64,000 nucleotides of DNA from Bugula neritina (Eukaryota > Animalia > Bryozoa). The position numbers and the translations under genes were made by a program. The stretch's first letter is position 1, and each line of letters starts with the position of its first letter. Below the pieces are notes generated by a model. It had not been told where the DNA came from. It made no database searches and saw only the letters and a list, made by a program, of their open reading frames with translations. This document shows positions 12,901 to 27,900 of the stretch, piece after piece. Location: assembly GCA_964035545.1 (NCBI GenBank), contig OZ037766.1, forward strand, positions 13,940,722 to 14,004,721, in the 5' to 3' direction.

Positions 12901-15900
12901 CATGAATTTGTGTTGACTCACTACATGACAAAGCCCTGTCATTGGATTTTATCAATGCTAATAGCTGTAATTAAATTTTTAACCACCTCTGATATTATTA
13001 TGAATGACGTATCTCGGACTACATTCTTTAGCTAATAATAGTGAAGACTGGTGCATTGTATGCCCTACACTTACACATTTCATATCTACATGAAGCATAC
13101 AGAATATAGATGTCAACTATTCTAAAGTTGATGAATGGCTAACCACGCAGCTATAAATTCTTAATGTCAGTCAAGAAATATAAAAGGTGACACTTGAAGC
13201 ATCATATTAGAGGTGAGCTTTTAAATGGCTGGGTTTTTGTAAGTATGGCTAGAGGCAAGGAAACAGGTTCACTCAAAGAATTTCCACACAGCAGATTCTA
13301 TATATAACATGCAGGAATAGACATATTCAACATGATGGTGTAGAGACAGCAAGTATAATACTGAGTCAGTCAACAGTTTGCTTTTGATCTTTAACCCTGG
13401 GTCACAAATATTTGAGCAATTTTTTACAAAATGGTAAATGCATTTCCATTTAACATTGTCATTTCCTAAATGTTTTCCTCCACTTTAAATTGCTGGCCAT
13501 GACAGGTCATGTAGTGTGAGTCAGTGGCCTTAGATTGAGTAGGCTACTGATCAGTTCACTACACACTGATGTTGACAAATATCACGCAATGTGATCACAG
13601 ATGGGTCATTAATAATTTGATAGGTACAGCTCTCCCAGTGATGTCATTGAATGATTTACTCTTTTGGTTCAATTATTATGAAGTTTATAAACACCAGCTA
13701 GTGCCAACACATAAAAGTAAGTACACACTATGTATGATGCATGCACACAGCTAATTTCTTTCTGCCAAATACACTGTGGATAGATGCTGAATCTACCTTA
13801 ATTACATTAACCTGCCTTGTAGTCACCTCTCCTGCCCAGTACCGAAGGAGATTTCAAGGATATGAGTATCTAATTCTATTCAAAACCTACCAGCTTGCAG
13901 CTTACATGTATATAAACATATTAGACGTTTTCAACAGTTATTTTTTACTATCTTTTACTAAACTAACGACTATTAAAAACTGCCTCTTATAAACTCCATC
14001 TTATATTCAACCGAATCCACAGGAACTGATAATTTGAGCAGCAACTGACAAATTCTTTCAACTCAAGCTGAACAATATTGAAATATTGGGTTTCTGTTAC
14101 GCAATTTTGATATATAGTTCACACACCTGCTGTCTTTAATAATAACAAACTGCAGTAACTAAGAAATGATGGAGGCACTGGTGAAGGATTTAACAGCTTA
14201 AAGTACCAATAATGAAATTTACTATACAGTCTACTATAGAGATGATACAGATGACTGGAAATACCAAACTTATTTGTCCAAAACAGTTCATGTTAAACAT
14301 GGTTTTTTTATGAAAGTTGTCTTCTCCTTACAACATATTTGTAGTAATCTGTAGCAAGGAAAAGACAACTTTAACAAATAAAACATGTTCAACATCAGCT
14401 GCTATGAGTAGCTACTGAAATAATGGAAAACATCTATTGCAGAAGTTCTAGTGAGACGGTGCAGAAGATAGAACATAGAGCATAACTACACAATTGTCAC
14501 ATGATAACTCAACAAATGTTCAAATGTACACCTGTGTAGGGTTTTGCCTAGTACAATGAATAATAGGAAATATGAAACCAAAGAGAATGAATACATGTTA
14601 ATGATCTAGGGATGAAAATATTGAGAACCTTTCTATGAAAAGTAGAAAGTTAAGTGACGAATAAAAACAGACAAGGATGTACAACATCAAGTATGGACAA
14701 AGTAAAATAATATGAATTAACATTTTGTAAAGCTCCAATGCAAAACAGGGTATTACTTTTTAATATTTCAGTCTCAGGGACAGAAACCACGTGCTAAATA
14801 CCTCTTTGGCTGAAGCTTCAAACTGTACAAACTGCAAACACTGGTCATGCTGCTTCTTTCGGATGGCCCAGTACTCTAGCACTATGGTCTCTCTCTTGTG
14901 TACTTTCTCCAAAATAGCTAAAAGTATAAATGAAACTGCATCAGTATATGAGAAACATACCATAGATAAGGCATGTTAAGGCGACTAAAACCTGGAACCT
15001 AGTCCTGAGAAAAAAAAACATATTAATGCTGATGATAAAAACATTATTTAAAACATCTATTTAGGCTTAAATTTTTGCTGCACATGCAGTTACTAAAAGC
15101 CTACAAAAAATATGTGGGCGATCTTCAAAAATCGTCTCCCATACCAACCAATGAGTAGTGTTGTACATTTTTCATCTGAATAGATGCTAAACAAAGTTAT
15201 CTTACCTTGTACATTATTCCTAGGATATCGAGATTTTACCAATGGCATTCCAAGTTGATTGACATTTTTATCTACATATTTGATAAAAGTTTCGGCAGTT
15301 CTTCTGGCCAGAGTACATGCCTACAACAGAACAAGTATACATCATACACTTTGGACATTATTGATAAGGATTACAACAGGTTATTGGCAGTTTATCACTA
15401 TGACAACTTTCTACAGTCTTGAAAACAACACCAGCTGGTGTTTATGTTTTACATTATTTGCTAAAGAGAACAACTGGAGCCTTTAAATAGCGAAAAACAA
15501 GGCAAAGTGAACATAATTCCTAAAATAAAATGAAACATAAACTTGAAAAGATGAGAAGCATATTTTGATATCTTAAATTATTGGGATGATAACAACTAAT
15601 ATTATGTAATACCACTTTTCATACACAATATATTTTTGTTCAACCACCAATTTAAAGTTCAAAAATTGTAGTACTCAACTGTTGGAATATTTTCTTAAAT
15701 TTTCACTTCAGGCCTAATAATTATTTTCCAAACCAGATGAAAAATTTAAATGCCAAATTAATGGAGGGCCAAGATTTTTGCAGTATGAAACACCTTTACA
15801 TTCCAAATTAAAAATCATGCCATGTAATAAATGCAATGAAATGATTCAACTATAATGCAAGGCTACTAAAAATACTTAAAATCTGGAAAATATGCTGTGT

Positions 15901-18900
15901 TTTACATACTTTATAAAACGCCTCCTTCTGTTCTAGATGTTTGTTGATTAATTGTAGTAGAAACTCTTCTCGGTCTGCGTTCTTCTGTGAGTTACACCAG
16001 TCCTCGTCTCTGTTGTACTCTCTTTCTAAACTCTCCAACACTGAACAAACCTGTCATCATAGAATAGAGTGAATACATTGTAGAGTCAGAGTTTATATTG
16101 TAGGGAAGAGAGAGACTATAACACTCGAGGGAGAAAAGTAACCAACGTTCATTAATTTCTATTTCCTCGAAAACTTTTCAGAGTTGTCTGCACTTTTAGG
16201 GATGACGCATATTCAACTACGAATTTATTTTTTTAATTTGAAATACATTTCAACTATTCATTTCAATCTGCAATTATGCTATGAAATTGATCCTAAATAT
16301 ATGATCAAAAAACTTGGTAGAAACTTAGCAAAAACCTTTACGTTATAAAATTCCTATCGTCAAACGTTTCTATTAGTTGCAATGGGTTCTTATAGATAGC
16401 TTATAACATCTACTACTTTATGTTTAATTTAAAGTATTCACAAGAATAAGCACTGCTATCAGAAGTAAAAATGCCGATTTTACAAAACGAGTTCCGTAGC
16501 TTATTACCTGGTCAGCAGTTTTAAACCAATTGTTACTAGCCATGACTAGTTTGTGTCTTTCTTCAGCATGGCGTACCAACTTCTGCCACTTTTCCGTGAC
16601 TTTCTCACCCAGTGTTCTGATCTGATCGGTTTCACTATGATTGTTATGAATCATTTCTTCAGCTTTCCTTATCAACTGTGAAGCACTTATATGAATACCC
16701 TGGAAGTCACAAGTTGATGTAATGAGATTGGTACAGATACTGAATTATGTTCCTTGATAATACACAGTATGCAGTAAAAGGTATGACCAAAGAAAGAAAT
16801 GGTTCGTGCAGCTAGCAAAGGGCTTTCGTTATTAGTCTATATTTGTCATGGCGAGGTTATTCCAGCCTGTATACATCCAAGTAGAAATAAAAAAGAGAAA
16901 TTGAAGAATATGATATAAATGAATACTAAAAAGATCACACGAATTTTAAGAATTATCTTTTCACATAAGTGTATCAAATCATATTAGTGAAGACAACCCT
17001 TCACAGCAAAGCCAATAATCAATCAAGTATTACAGTTGCCACCAGCACTAAATAATATGTTGTCTAAGTAAGAGATTGCACAGGTCTGTGGGAAGAGGTT
17101 GAAAAGCTGGTGAGAACACAACTTCTTTTGCAATATTTCTCATTTAGAATGAAGGCTTTCCCAAAATTATCTATTATTGCACCTACATGATTACAACAAA
17201 AAAGCCTATGTTCTAGATAAAAGATATTGCAAAAGAAGGTACTCGTTCACCAGGCTGTCATCCTGCACCTCAAATCTAAATTCATCAATACAAAAAACCT
17301 AAGCTATTAGAAGGTTTTTGTCACTGCACCTGAATGCACCCATATTTACAATAATGCTAATACTAAGCGAAGATGCATCAGCAACTACCCAATGAGATTT
17401 GCTCTGTGGGATTATTAGCATAAGTTACATGTAATATTTGCATAAAATAAGATATTGCGTTATACACAAAGTACAGACTGATGTATGTAAACATCATAAT
17501 ATATTTTTAGTTGTCAGTAAATTACTTCTCCTTTCGAAAATAATATTTGCACAGTTAGTTCCTGGAGTTCACCAATGAGATCTAAAACGTGTTTGTCCCA
17601 TGCTCTATAACTACGAATAACCAAGCATTGAAATTGTTCAGTGATCTGCATTGAAATAGCTGAACTGAGCAATTTTTGATATCTGTATGATTAAAACAAA
17701 ATAACAAAACATGTCACACTGTGAAGCAAGTTAAGGATTATCAAATCAAATAGACATTTATTCCATGTGATGACTCTACCGTGTAGCAACAGATCAGATT
17801 ATGTAAGTCACAAAGAGCTCTCTTGATTCTACTATGAAGATAAATTCACACAAAGTTACGTGACTGGATGAGTCAGCTATAGAATGCTGCCTGTACATAC
17901 CTCAATCATGCCCTGGCAGCTTTCAAAGTCTTTCTCTAACTTCTCAGCTTCTTGTAAAGAATTTGGGCAAATAAAGGTTGTAGTGAGATTAGATTCGCCA
18001 TGGCCAATATGCGAGGACACCTAAATGTAGTATTACATCAGTACACCAGCCGATATTATAAATTACCATATATTACAATACAGGAATATATATTACTATA
18101 TATTACAATACAGGAATATATATTACAATACAGGAATATATATTACTATATATTACTATACAGGAATATATATTACTATATAGCAATGTATACTAAATAC
18201 AGCATAACTGATTGCAAATTGCAAAAACTGAGTAGTTTTACAAGAGCAGTGTAACAAATTAACAAGTAATACACCACACCAAATGTTATATAACAATGTT
18301 AGTAGCTGTCCACAGGGTGGCGCATGTGTACTAAGAATGATATAACTAGTAATTGCTGAAGAATGCTTGTGACTTCATATCTTCAAGTCACAAATAGCTG
18401 CACAGTGAACGACCTACCAAGATATGTAATCTTTCCATCACAACTTGGAAAGTGAATTACATTGTATTAACATAGTATATACAAAATACTATTGATACAC
18501 TAGCCAAGAGTATATAAAAAGTGTAAAATATTTAGCATAAAAAACTCAATGTATAAAGTCAACCAGACTTAGGCAATGGCCTTGGGTTTGAGATAGGAAG
18601 TTCGTAGTGTCACATACAGGCATTTTCTGTTACATATTGCCTGTAGTATAATATTGTGATAGGAGTATAAGCAGTGCTAAATTTGCTTTGTCTAGGCACA
18701 GCCTTAGCAATATATGAGTGGAAGGTGTGCCTGTGCTGTGACTACACGTTGAGAAGATGAATATATGACAGCAGGAACAATATGGCAGAGAGGAAAACTT
18801 TTAGGCTTATGTAACTGAGAAAATATACGACAGCATAAAACATATACAAGTACATCTATTAAGCCTACGGTGTGCTACAAGATATCAATATGTTTTAATA

Positions 18901-21900
18901 TTTTGCACAAATACAGCATGTGCTTAGAGTGTTGCTTCTCTAGCATGGTAACAAACTGTGAGCTTACTTGATGCCAAATCTTATAAACCAGTTGAAGAAC
19001 TAAGAAGATGTGGGCTTTAAAGTCAGCTGCTGTTCAATGAATGTGTGAGCTGTGAGCCGCCCTGGGGTGAGAACAAGTTGTTCAACTTACTGCTAGAAAC
19101 CTGCTCCTATTTGCATCCCAAGGTTTGAATATATTATGCATATTCATGTAACTTATTGTAATGATGTGTGTATCCGTTGTTTTGTTAATACAAGCTGCTG
19201 AATCCCAGGTGCTGCCTAGTATCATATAAAACCCTGAAGTGCTGACAAACTCATATCTTTGGACAAAACTCAACATTTGAAAGTGCAGAGTTAGAGAATA
19301 GCTTGATACAGATAGATGATACACCCAACTGTAATCTTAAATGGCAAATGTATTTTTACACCTCAAATGATTTTAAAATATTTTTAGGAAAAGTGTGGGA
19401 CTTAATAGCTTTAGCAAGGTGGGAAAGGTAAGCTTGATTCCAGCAATAAAATAACACTACTACACATGACAATACAAGACATTGTAGCACTTAGATACTA
19501 GCTCACCTGTCTAGCCTCCTTTTCAAAGTGCATATACTGTACATTCTGTTCCAACTTGCTGCGCTTCTGCTCGGCCAAGGTATTTATGTACATGCTTTTA
19601 TCAGTCAGACTGTCTACAGTGTTGTTGGCTTTGTCGAACATTGTGTGACCCTTCTCTCCCATATCATTACGGCGCTCCTCAAGTCTCTGCAGATGTACAT
19701 ATGTATAGGAACACACAGTATACGTATGTAATACAGTGAACACACTCAAAGCAAGACATGTAGGGGAGAATGAGGTTACTCCTAGAAATACCACCAACCA
19801 GGCATTACACCAGGCATTACTACTGTTACTACTATCCCTATGCTGCAATTAGTATTATTATTAATGCAGTAGAAAACCATCCCACAATGATCTGCATGCA
19901 TAATTTTAGGTGATAAATATTTCATAACATTGTAAACTAACTTCTGCAAAATGAAAAATCCTTCGACTACTGTGTGCAGTTGATTTCACCAGGTGACAAC
20001 TTATGCAGTAGATAGACAGTAGAGATACTTGAGCAAGCAAGTCCCACTAGCTATGATAGATGACAGGATGTATCAATATTACAGAGAGATGGGGATGATA
20101 GTAAACATTACAAGTACCACTACCAATAACAGAACTAGAACTAGTAGTAGTACTCCGACTGTTAACAATGAGTAGCAACTAGTAATACTGGTATGGAGTA
20201 CTACACAGCAAACAAAATACCCCTCTACAAGTAAATGACACTATAGAGATAACTTTCTACACAGTGAACAGCTATCTGAATATAGATATATGAACAATAT
20301 ACATGACACCAACTGATAAAATACCATTATGAGTGAGAGATTAACTCCTATAAGCACATCTGGTGCACTGCCTCTCCGTAACTTCCAAGACTGCCTTGAC
20401 ATGGGTACTCTACACACTGATATGCGTTGACAATATGCCGAAGGAAAAATTTCGATATTGCAAAATCAACGGACACAAAGCTAGCCAACTATTGAGAGCC
20501 CCAACTTCCTTTTTGTGATAATAGAAATAGACCTCAACATAATTCAGATCAAATTACACTGAATGGGGATCTAAGCAGTCACGACTATAATGATTGTCTT
20601 TCTATAGTTCCCATCAAACCTGATCATAACTTAATCAAAGGGTTATACTTGATTTGAGCCAATAGTATCAATGCCTTAAGCACTCCGCTTCTTTTTGTAA
20701 ATATTTTCATTTCATAGTTTTTAAGGCTAATCACTGGACTAATATTAAACAACTTTCAAATGGGAATGTTACAATGAACAATTAAGATAACGGAGCGACA
20801 AAAGATTAAACCAATCTACTTAATTTACAAGCTGCTAAACAATGCTCCCAGTGTTATTATAAAGAATATCACTTGAAGAGCCACTCCAAAAGTGTTGATC
20901 AGTTGAAAAATAGCTTCTGCTTGCATTAAACAGAGTTTGATACAACCTGCAACAACTAAGTGATAGTGCCAACTTTATTCTTAGTTACTTATTATTCTAA
21001 ATATAGACACTCACAATATTCTCTCTGGTATTACAGCAATTATGCATGTTAGGTTTGTTATATCATCTTCCTGCACCAATAAATCAGAAAACTTTACAAA
21101 CTGATATTTACACTGAACACTAGAGAACCACTAACTGGTTAGCAGATGAACTAAGCCAATTTTACAACCCAATCCAGAGGAAAGGATGTGACCCAATATG
21201 TCTTAGGGTCAAGATAAAAACCCACCTTGTCCTACCTTCTTGATACACCGTAGAACAATCATTGTGTAATGGTTGAAGGCAGCTTATGGCAGCCAGGACC
21301 AGCCAGCTTCCTCAAATAATGTTTTATAAATGTGAGAGGGCAGAGAGTGGAATATGTAGCTAGAGAAGTGGCAGTTACATTAGTGCCATTTTATACATAT
21401 TTTTATGAATTTTTTAACTTCCCCAACCAATTGAGCAATAGCCAGAGTTGAACAAAATAACAGTTCAGCTTAGGAATTCTTGTAGACCCACGCAGAGTCC
21501 ACTAGCTCTTTAACCATGTACCAATAATCATTAGCCTTCTGTGCTTAGAAGAAGTTCAAAAGTTTACAGTAATTGAGAGAAATATGTTGATTAATATTTA
21601 CTAAAATAATCTCAACATTTCAAAGCTGATGTGAAATAAATAATTAGTGATGGTCTACTCAGTCCATATTAAAGCCAGTGTAGAAGTGTCTAGGTTTGTG
21701 ATAGCTACACACGCTCCACCCTTGCTGGAAACTACTGAGATCTACAGGTTTATAATATCAACCTTTGCCACCAAATGAATTTAATGAGCAAAAATATTGT
21801 TAATTTTCTCATAGAAGGTGTATCAAACTCTTGTAGTGGAAAATTAATTATGTTTTTGCAGATACAATATGAACACTAGCTACTAGTATATTTTTCCTAT

Positions 21901-24900
21901 CCAAAAATTACATAACCAGAAATTTTAACTGCAAAATTCCTAAAAGATTGAAACAAAAAAATGTTTTTTAAAAAGATGGACTCTTCAACTCTCCTCACAG
22001 CCAGCTCAGCAAAGTATTTCTGCTACTTGACCCAGAATAACATATAAATGTAACGAATTTCAAACAAACCACTGCTTCTTACAGCAGCTAAATACGCTGT
22101 CGATGAGAAGAGAAGACAGAAAGCCAGTACCTGGTCATCACTGAAGACATCATAGAATATGCTACCGCCCATTAGACAGCGTCTATCAGCAGCGCTGTCA
22201 CTCCGTCTCTTCACAATACTCAACAATCTCTGAGATGGAGAGTTTAAAATCCGCCGAACTTTGCTCTGACCTTCTCGAATCATAACTCAGCACACAACTT
22301 CGAGCACAGCACACAAGTAATGACTATGAGCACATGGTGGTGAGTGAGCAGCCATTAACTGAACACCGACTGATGTAACATCCTTGCTATCAGCAATACA
22401 CACACGTACACTGGAGGGACTCGTGTAAATGCAACAACAATTACAACAATTATTAGCCAAAAAATACAGCTGATAAATTTATCTTTCATCATATCTATGA
22501 TATCTGGTCAGAATCCACTGCACAGAGAGTAACCCCTTCAACCATAAGATAAAGATTCGCTTTCTTTCCTCAACAAGAGATACAACACAATTAGCATATA
22601 AACAATAACACAACATAACAAGCACTGCAAAACAAAAAGCAAAGAGGTTCTTCTCCTGAGTCATGTTGGTATATAAAGGATTGCTTATGGCAGAGGGAAG
22701 TTACTTACCACAAAGAATACACAGAACACAAGAAGATATCAGCAAATCAAAATATCTACATTGAAGAAATTACCCATTACTTCAGGGACTAGGTCGTCAA
22801 ACCTTAAAGTTAACTGCTCAACTAAGAATATAAAAGCTAACAAATATGTCGAACCCTCCACTAATTGCTTCGTGAAAGCAGACTGTCAGCAAAGAGGAAA
22901 TAACTTTTATGATAAAAACCTAATTAATAAGTTTACCCTACAGGCACAAAACATCAGCAGTTTTTATTCAGCAGCAACTTTCAATTCCTAAATTACTTTG
23001 ATGTAGAAATATAAGTTGTGCAAATCTCACTAGAGATGAGGTAATGACATTTTTACTGTCTGGATTTCGCCTACAAGATTCTCTGCTTTTACAGGCTAGA
23101 AAGAAGTAGATTTGGAGTTACTTTCTTTTCTAATGATGGAGCACAAGTTATTAGTTTGCTTCAGGATAAAAAGAAAAATTAGAGAAAGCAATTTGAGCAC
23201 AAAACCAAGTGTCATACAGGTATCAGTTGCAATGATAGGCACAAACATTTCCGTCTGCTGCCTTAAAGCCTTCACTACCTCAAAAATGTTCTACCACCTT
23301 TCAACCCCGTTTTAATCAACTGATTGGACAGCCTTCTGATTTACACTAAAATTATCAGTTCCCAACATTGTAGATATCAAACAACAATATGGCAAATTAG
23401 ATTATATCAAAACCCATTGCAAATGACAATCACGATTATTATAAACTGTCAGTACAATAATGAGTTTCCTGAGCTTATATCAGCAAAGGAATGTGTGACA
23501 GGGAAATTATGATTATAAATATAACTAATCAGCCAATAAACTAGGAGAAAACAATTAGCTATGGTAAAGTATTTGTTTCCCAAACTTACCCCTTTAACTG
23601 AATTACTAAACTTTAAAACTTGCTCCAAGCCTTCGTTAGAAGAGAAGTTTGTTAAACTGTAACTCCGTTGCAGTTCTTGGCTTTGCTTTAATAATAGAAT
23701 GTCCACTCTACGATCCCGCAAACGTCGAACTGAATCTAAACCTGTCTTCCGGTGTTTCAGAGGTTTGGGAATAGCCTGCTTTAACGGAGCAATCTCTTCA
23801 CTAAGTTCATAGTCAGCGTTAGGGGGGTGTGGTACTGATGCCCTTCGAGTACTTGTTTCCTCAGGGCTATCTGAGTCTGACTCAGTGGAGCATAAGTTCT
23901 TAGAAGCTGTTTTTCTATCTGAGTTTAAAATTTGGGAGTTGTCCCTTTGATATAAACGCCTTAACTGCGAACGTGGTGAGGGCTCTTTTAAAAGCCCATT
24001 TGTTGAGGCTGAGACATCAGAGGAGCTGGAAGGACGGTTTCTTATTTCTTGAGAACAATTGTCAGGGTGGAAGAGATGAGATTTGTCTGAAAGCTTACAA
24101 TTTTGCAAATCAGTAATACTTATGAAGTCTGAAGCTAATGCTGGTTTAGGAGTATTCTCTGCAATTGATAAATTGTGAAAGGCAGTGCTTTTAGAATTAT
24201 CCTCTGTGGGTGTTAATATTTCAGCAGACGGATGCCTTCGTCTAGCTAACCTATGAGCTATTACAACTTGTCTCGCTCTATCACTGTTACTCCCACTTCT
24301 TATTCTAGTGTCATTCAACTTGGTGATTGCCACTCTGTACGATTTATGAAAGTTTCTTTTAAACGGGCTAGGCCCAGATGTGAGTTCATCAGAATTATCA
24401 TCAGTATCGTTAGTCATATCACTTACCAGTGGCATCTCTGGTGGTATCAGACATTGCTTGCTGCCTGTTGAGTTAACTGGCTGAACCTTTGTACTAGATT
24501 TGTAAAATTTGGGATACCGCCTGACGGGCCGATGAGAATGTATACTTGAACTATGATTGTATGAAAACCTGCTGTCCAATTCGTCAATGCTATCGTCACT
24601 GGAAGAGGTGGCCCAAGTATCCTTAGAATATAAGAGCCATTCTTGTTTTTTACTAGTTGTGTTGTCAGACTCTGGCTGTTGAATTTCAGATGATTCAATA
24701 TTAGACTCTGGTGATACATTTTCATCTAAATATTTTGTTTCTTCCTCCATTAATAAGTCAACATTAGCCGATGGGTTACCATGCTCCTGTTGGTTTTCAA
24801 TGTTGGGTTTGTCATTGGAATTGGTCAGATGAATGCTGGTGCTGCTATCTGAATTCACACTAAAGCTGTCCATAGACTTGGTACTTACAACTGATTCCTT

Positions 24901-27900
24901 GCGTTGGTCGGGGTAGGTACTGCACAGCGTGCCAGCAGCTCCGATACCAAATGCTATGTTATTGAGACCTGCCACTAGAGCTGGTACGTGGCTCATTTGT
25001 CTCGTATCCTTCAATTTCTTCACGCTGCCTAACCGTTTCAGTGAGCTGCTAAGTGTTGCAGCTAGTTTAGCGCTCCTGGATTTCTTTGATTTTCGCCTTG
25101 TCACTATTTCACAGTCACTCTGAGTTTCTCTGTGATCGTCAATGTAAGAGTAGAAGATAGAGTTAGAGTCACTCTGGCGTAATTTAAGTTTAGCTTTCCT
25201 CGTCACCAAGGGTGATCCTGATGCCAAACCATGGATCACTTCAGTGTCGGACATATTAGTAATGCCCCACTAGATTCATACTAACCTTGGCTACAAAACT
25301 AGTCCTACTTGCTTGAGTGGAAGGCACTAAGCTGAAAATGCTTGTCTCATACCAACCACCACCACAGTATTTTGGTTCATAGATATGCTAGTGGTTAAAT
25401 TTTCAGGTCAATAAAAATAATGATTGATGGCTAATTCAAGCAGAGCAACTCATAATGATGATATGCATGGATAAGTAGAAGCCTGATATATTTCATCACT
25501 AAGTAAGGATTACAGTTATACTTTAGACTGAGAGAGACTCTCCCACCACAGGAAGAGGGTTAGCTAAAAACACCTCAACTCCACTTGACAATGATTCATA
25601 AGCTTGTCCACCACTACCGTCCCAACAGAGAATAATTACTAATAGTTACAAAACTCTCACTTGGAAAGAGCTTGTTACTCAACAACACGCAGTATCACAG
25701 ATGTGAGTTTTCAACACAAAAAGAGAGAACTAGCTGCAAACTCTGTTCAGTGAAAAGAGTGTGATATAAGACTATTAGAAAAAACTACTTTTAACATAAC
25801 TTGAGAAGTTGACGTTATCACAGATCACCACTAAGAAAACAGGTGCTCTATCTGGTCAACTAAAACACTCTCTTAAACTGAGGTTACTAGACAAATAGTG
25901 AGGATAAAATAGAAGAGTTGTGTACACAATATGAACAACCCAAACCTTGCAATGTCCGCTGTTACTGCACAGAAGTAGCAAAAATGTTACCATGATTAAA
26001 ATTTGCCAGGCAGGCTCGACATTTGAAACTATGTGATGAGTTGTTACTCTTTCAACCATTGCCCATTGAAGCAGAAAATTCTGGTGGGAATGTAACTGCA
26101 GAGTAGTGATGGTGGTGATGTAACTAGTGATGAAGTGAATGGTAGGAGTAGTTGCAGTGATTAGTCATGTACTGAGTGTTAGTAGGTGGTGTAATGGTAG
26201 TAGTCATGTAGAGTGAGTGCAGCGAGATGTTGTATCAACAGGAGCATATAAACAGCAGTAACAACTCATGACTTATATACGTATATCTATACAGGCAGCT
26301 GTGATCAATGTTACAGAGTTGTGCACTCACTTGAATAAATTCCTTAGCTCTGTGTATCATGTGACTGTTTACTCTCTGCATGTTCAGGTACTTCTCATTA
26401 TGTAAATGTAGAGCATGCTCGTACTTTGCAGAATCCGGGTATTTGTCTTCTCTTTCTAGCTCCGATATCCAGACTTTGTGTTGATTACTTAACTGTAAAC
26501 ATAATATAGAATATATTGATAGTGCTATAATATACAGAAATACTACTATAATATACACTCAAACTACTATAATATACAGAAATACTACTATAATATACAC
26601 TCAAACTACTATAATATACAGTCATACTACTATAACATACACAGTGATACTACTATAATATACACTCATACTACTATAATATACAGTGATCTACTATAAT
26701 ATACAATAATACTACTATAATACACAGTGATACTACTATAATACACACTCATACTACTATAATACACACTCATACTACTATAATATACACTCATACTACT
26801 ATAATATACACTCATACTACTATAATATACACTCATACTACTATAACAGTAATACTACTATAATATACAGTGATACTACTATAATATACAATAATACTAC
26901 TATAATATACAGTGATACTACTATAATATACAATAATACTACTATAATATACAGTGATACTACTATAATATACACTCATACTACTATAATATACACTCAT
27001 ACTACTATAATATACACTCATACTACTATAATATACACTCATACTACTATAATATACACTCATACTACTATAATATACACTCATACTACTATAATATACA
27101 CTCATACTACTATAATATACACTCATACTACTATAATATACACTCATACTACTATAATATACACTCATACTACTATAATATACAATAATACTACTATTTT
27201 ATACAGTGATACTACTATAATATACAATAATACTATTATACAGTTAGAAGCAGCTAGACTATGTAGATACACCAACAACCAGTCACACATCAAAACACAG
27301 ATTCTTTCAGAGATTAGAAGAAAATTGTATTTTATTATCAGTAAACACAAGTTAACAAGGTTCAGTCAACCACCACAGTAAACACTACATGTGTTGCTAT
27401 TACTTTCATGTGCCACAAGTTGCCTTCAAGACCAAAAGAGGAATGGGAATAGAATTACTTTGGTTGCAAGATCCTCCTTGCAAATTCACATGATGTGCAT
27501 TGACATAACTGTGTAAATTGACGCAAGGTTTATAGTTGTTACAAAAATCAGTGATAATGCGAATCACATTTAGAAATACCCCAAAATGAATTGATTTCTA
27601 AATATAAATACATAACAAAGAATAAAGTTTCAAGACATCCTTCCCAGATTCCAAGTCAGTTACGGACATATTTACACTCCTTCTACTAAAAAGAATCTCG
27701 AACCAGATAGGTATACACAAGAGTTACATAAGGAATGTTATTATAATATAAATATAATTACATTGAAAATACATAGCACCATATTAATCACTGATAACAT
27801 ATATCATGTGTTCTTTCAAATTACACCATATTATGCAGTCTCAAACTAGTTATATTGATCAACTGCCAAATCTATTGCTAACTAAACCATTCCATCTTCT

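Noticed and set aside
21236-21262. Possible tiny first exon MIVLRCIKK|gtagga (phase 0)
   Set aside because: Too short to distinguish from chance without transcripts.
22703-22776. MGNFF... myristoylation-like start with a nearby donor on the minus strand
   Set aside because: In-frame TGA after 12 codons, before the donor.
26833-27168. (MSVYYSS)n ORF
   Set aside because: Translation of the 21-bp minisatellite; no splice signals or coding context.
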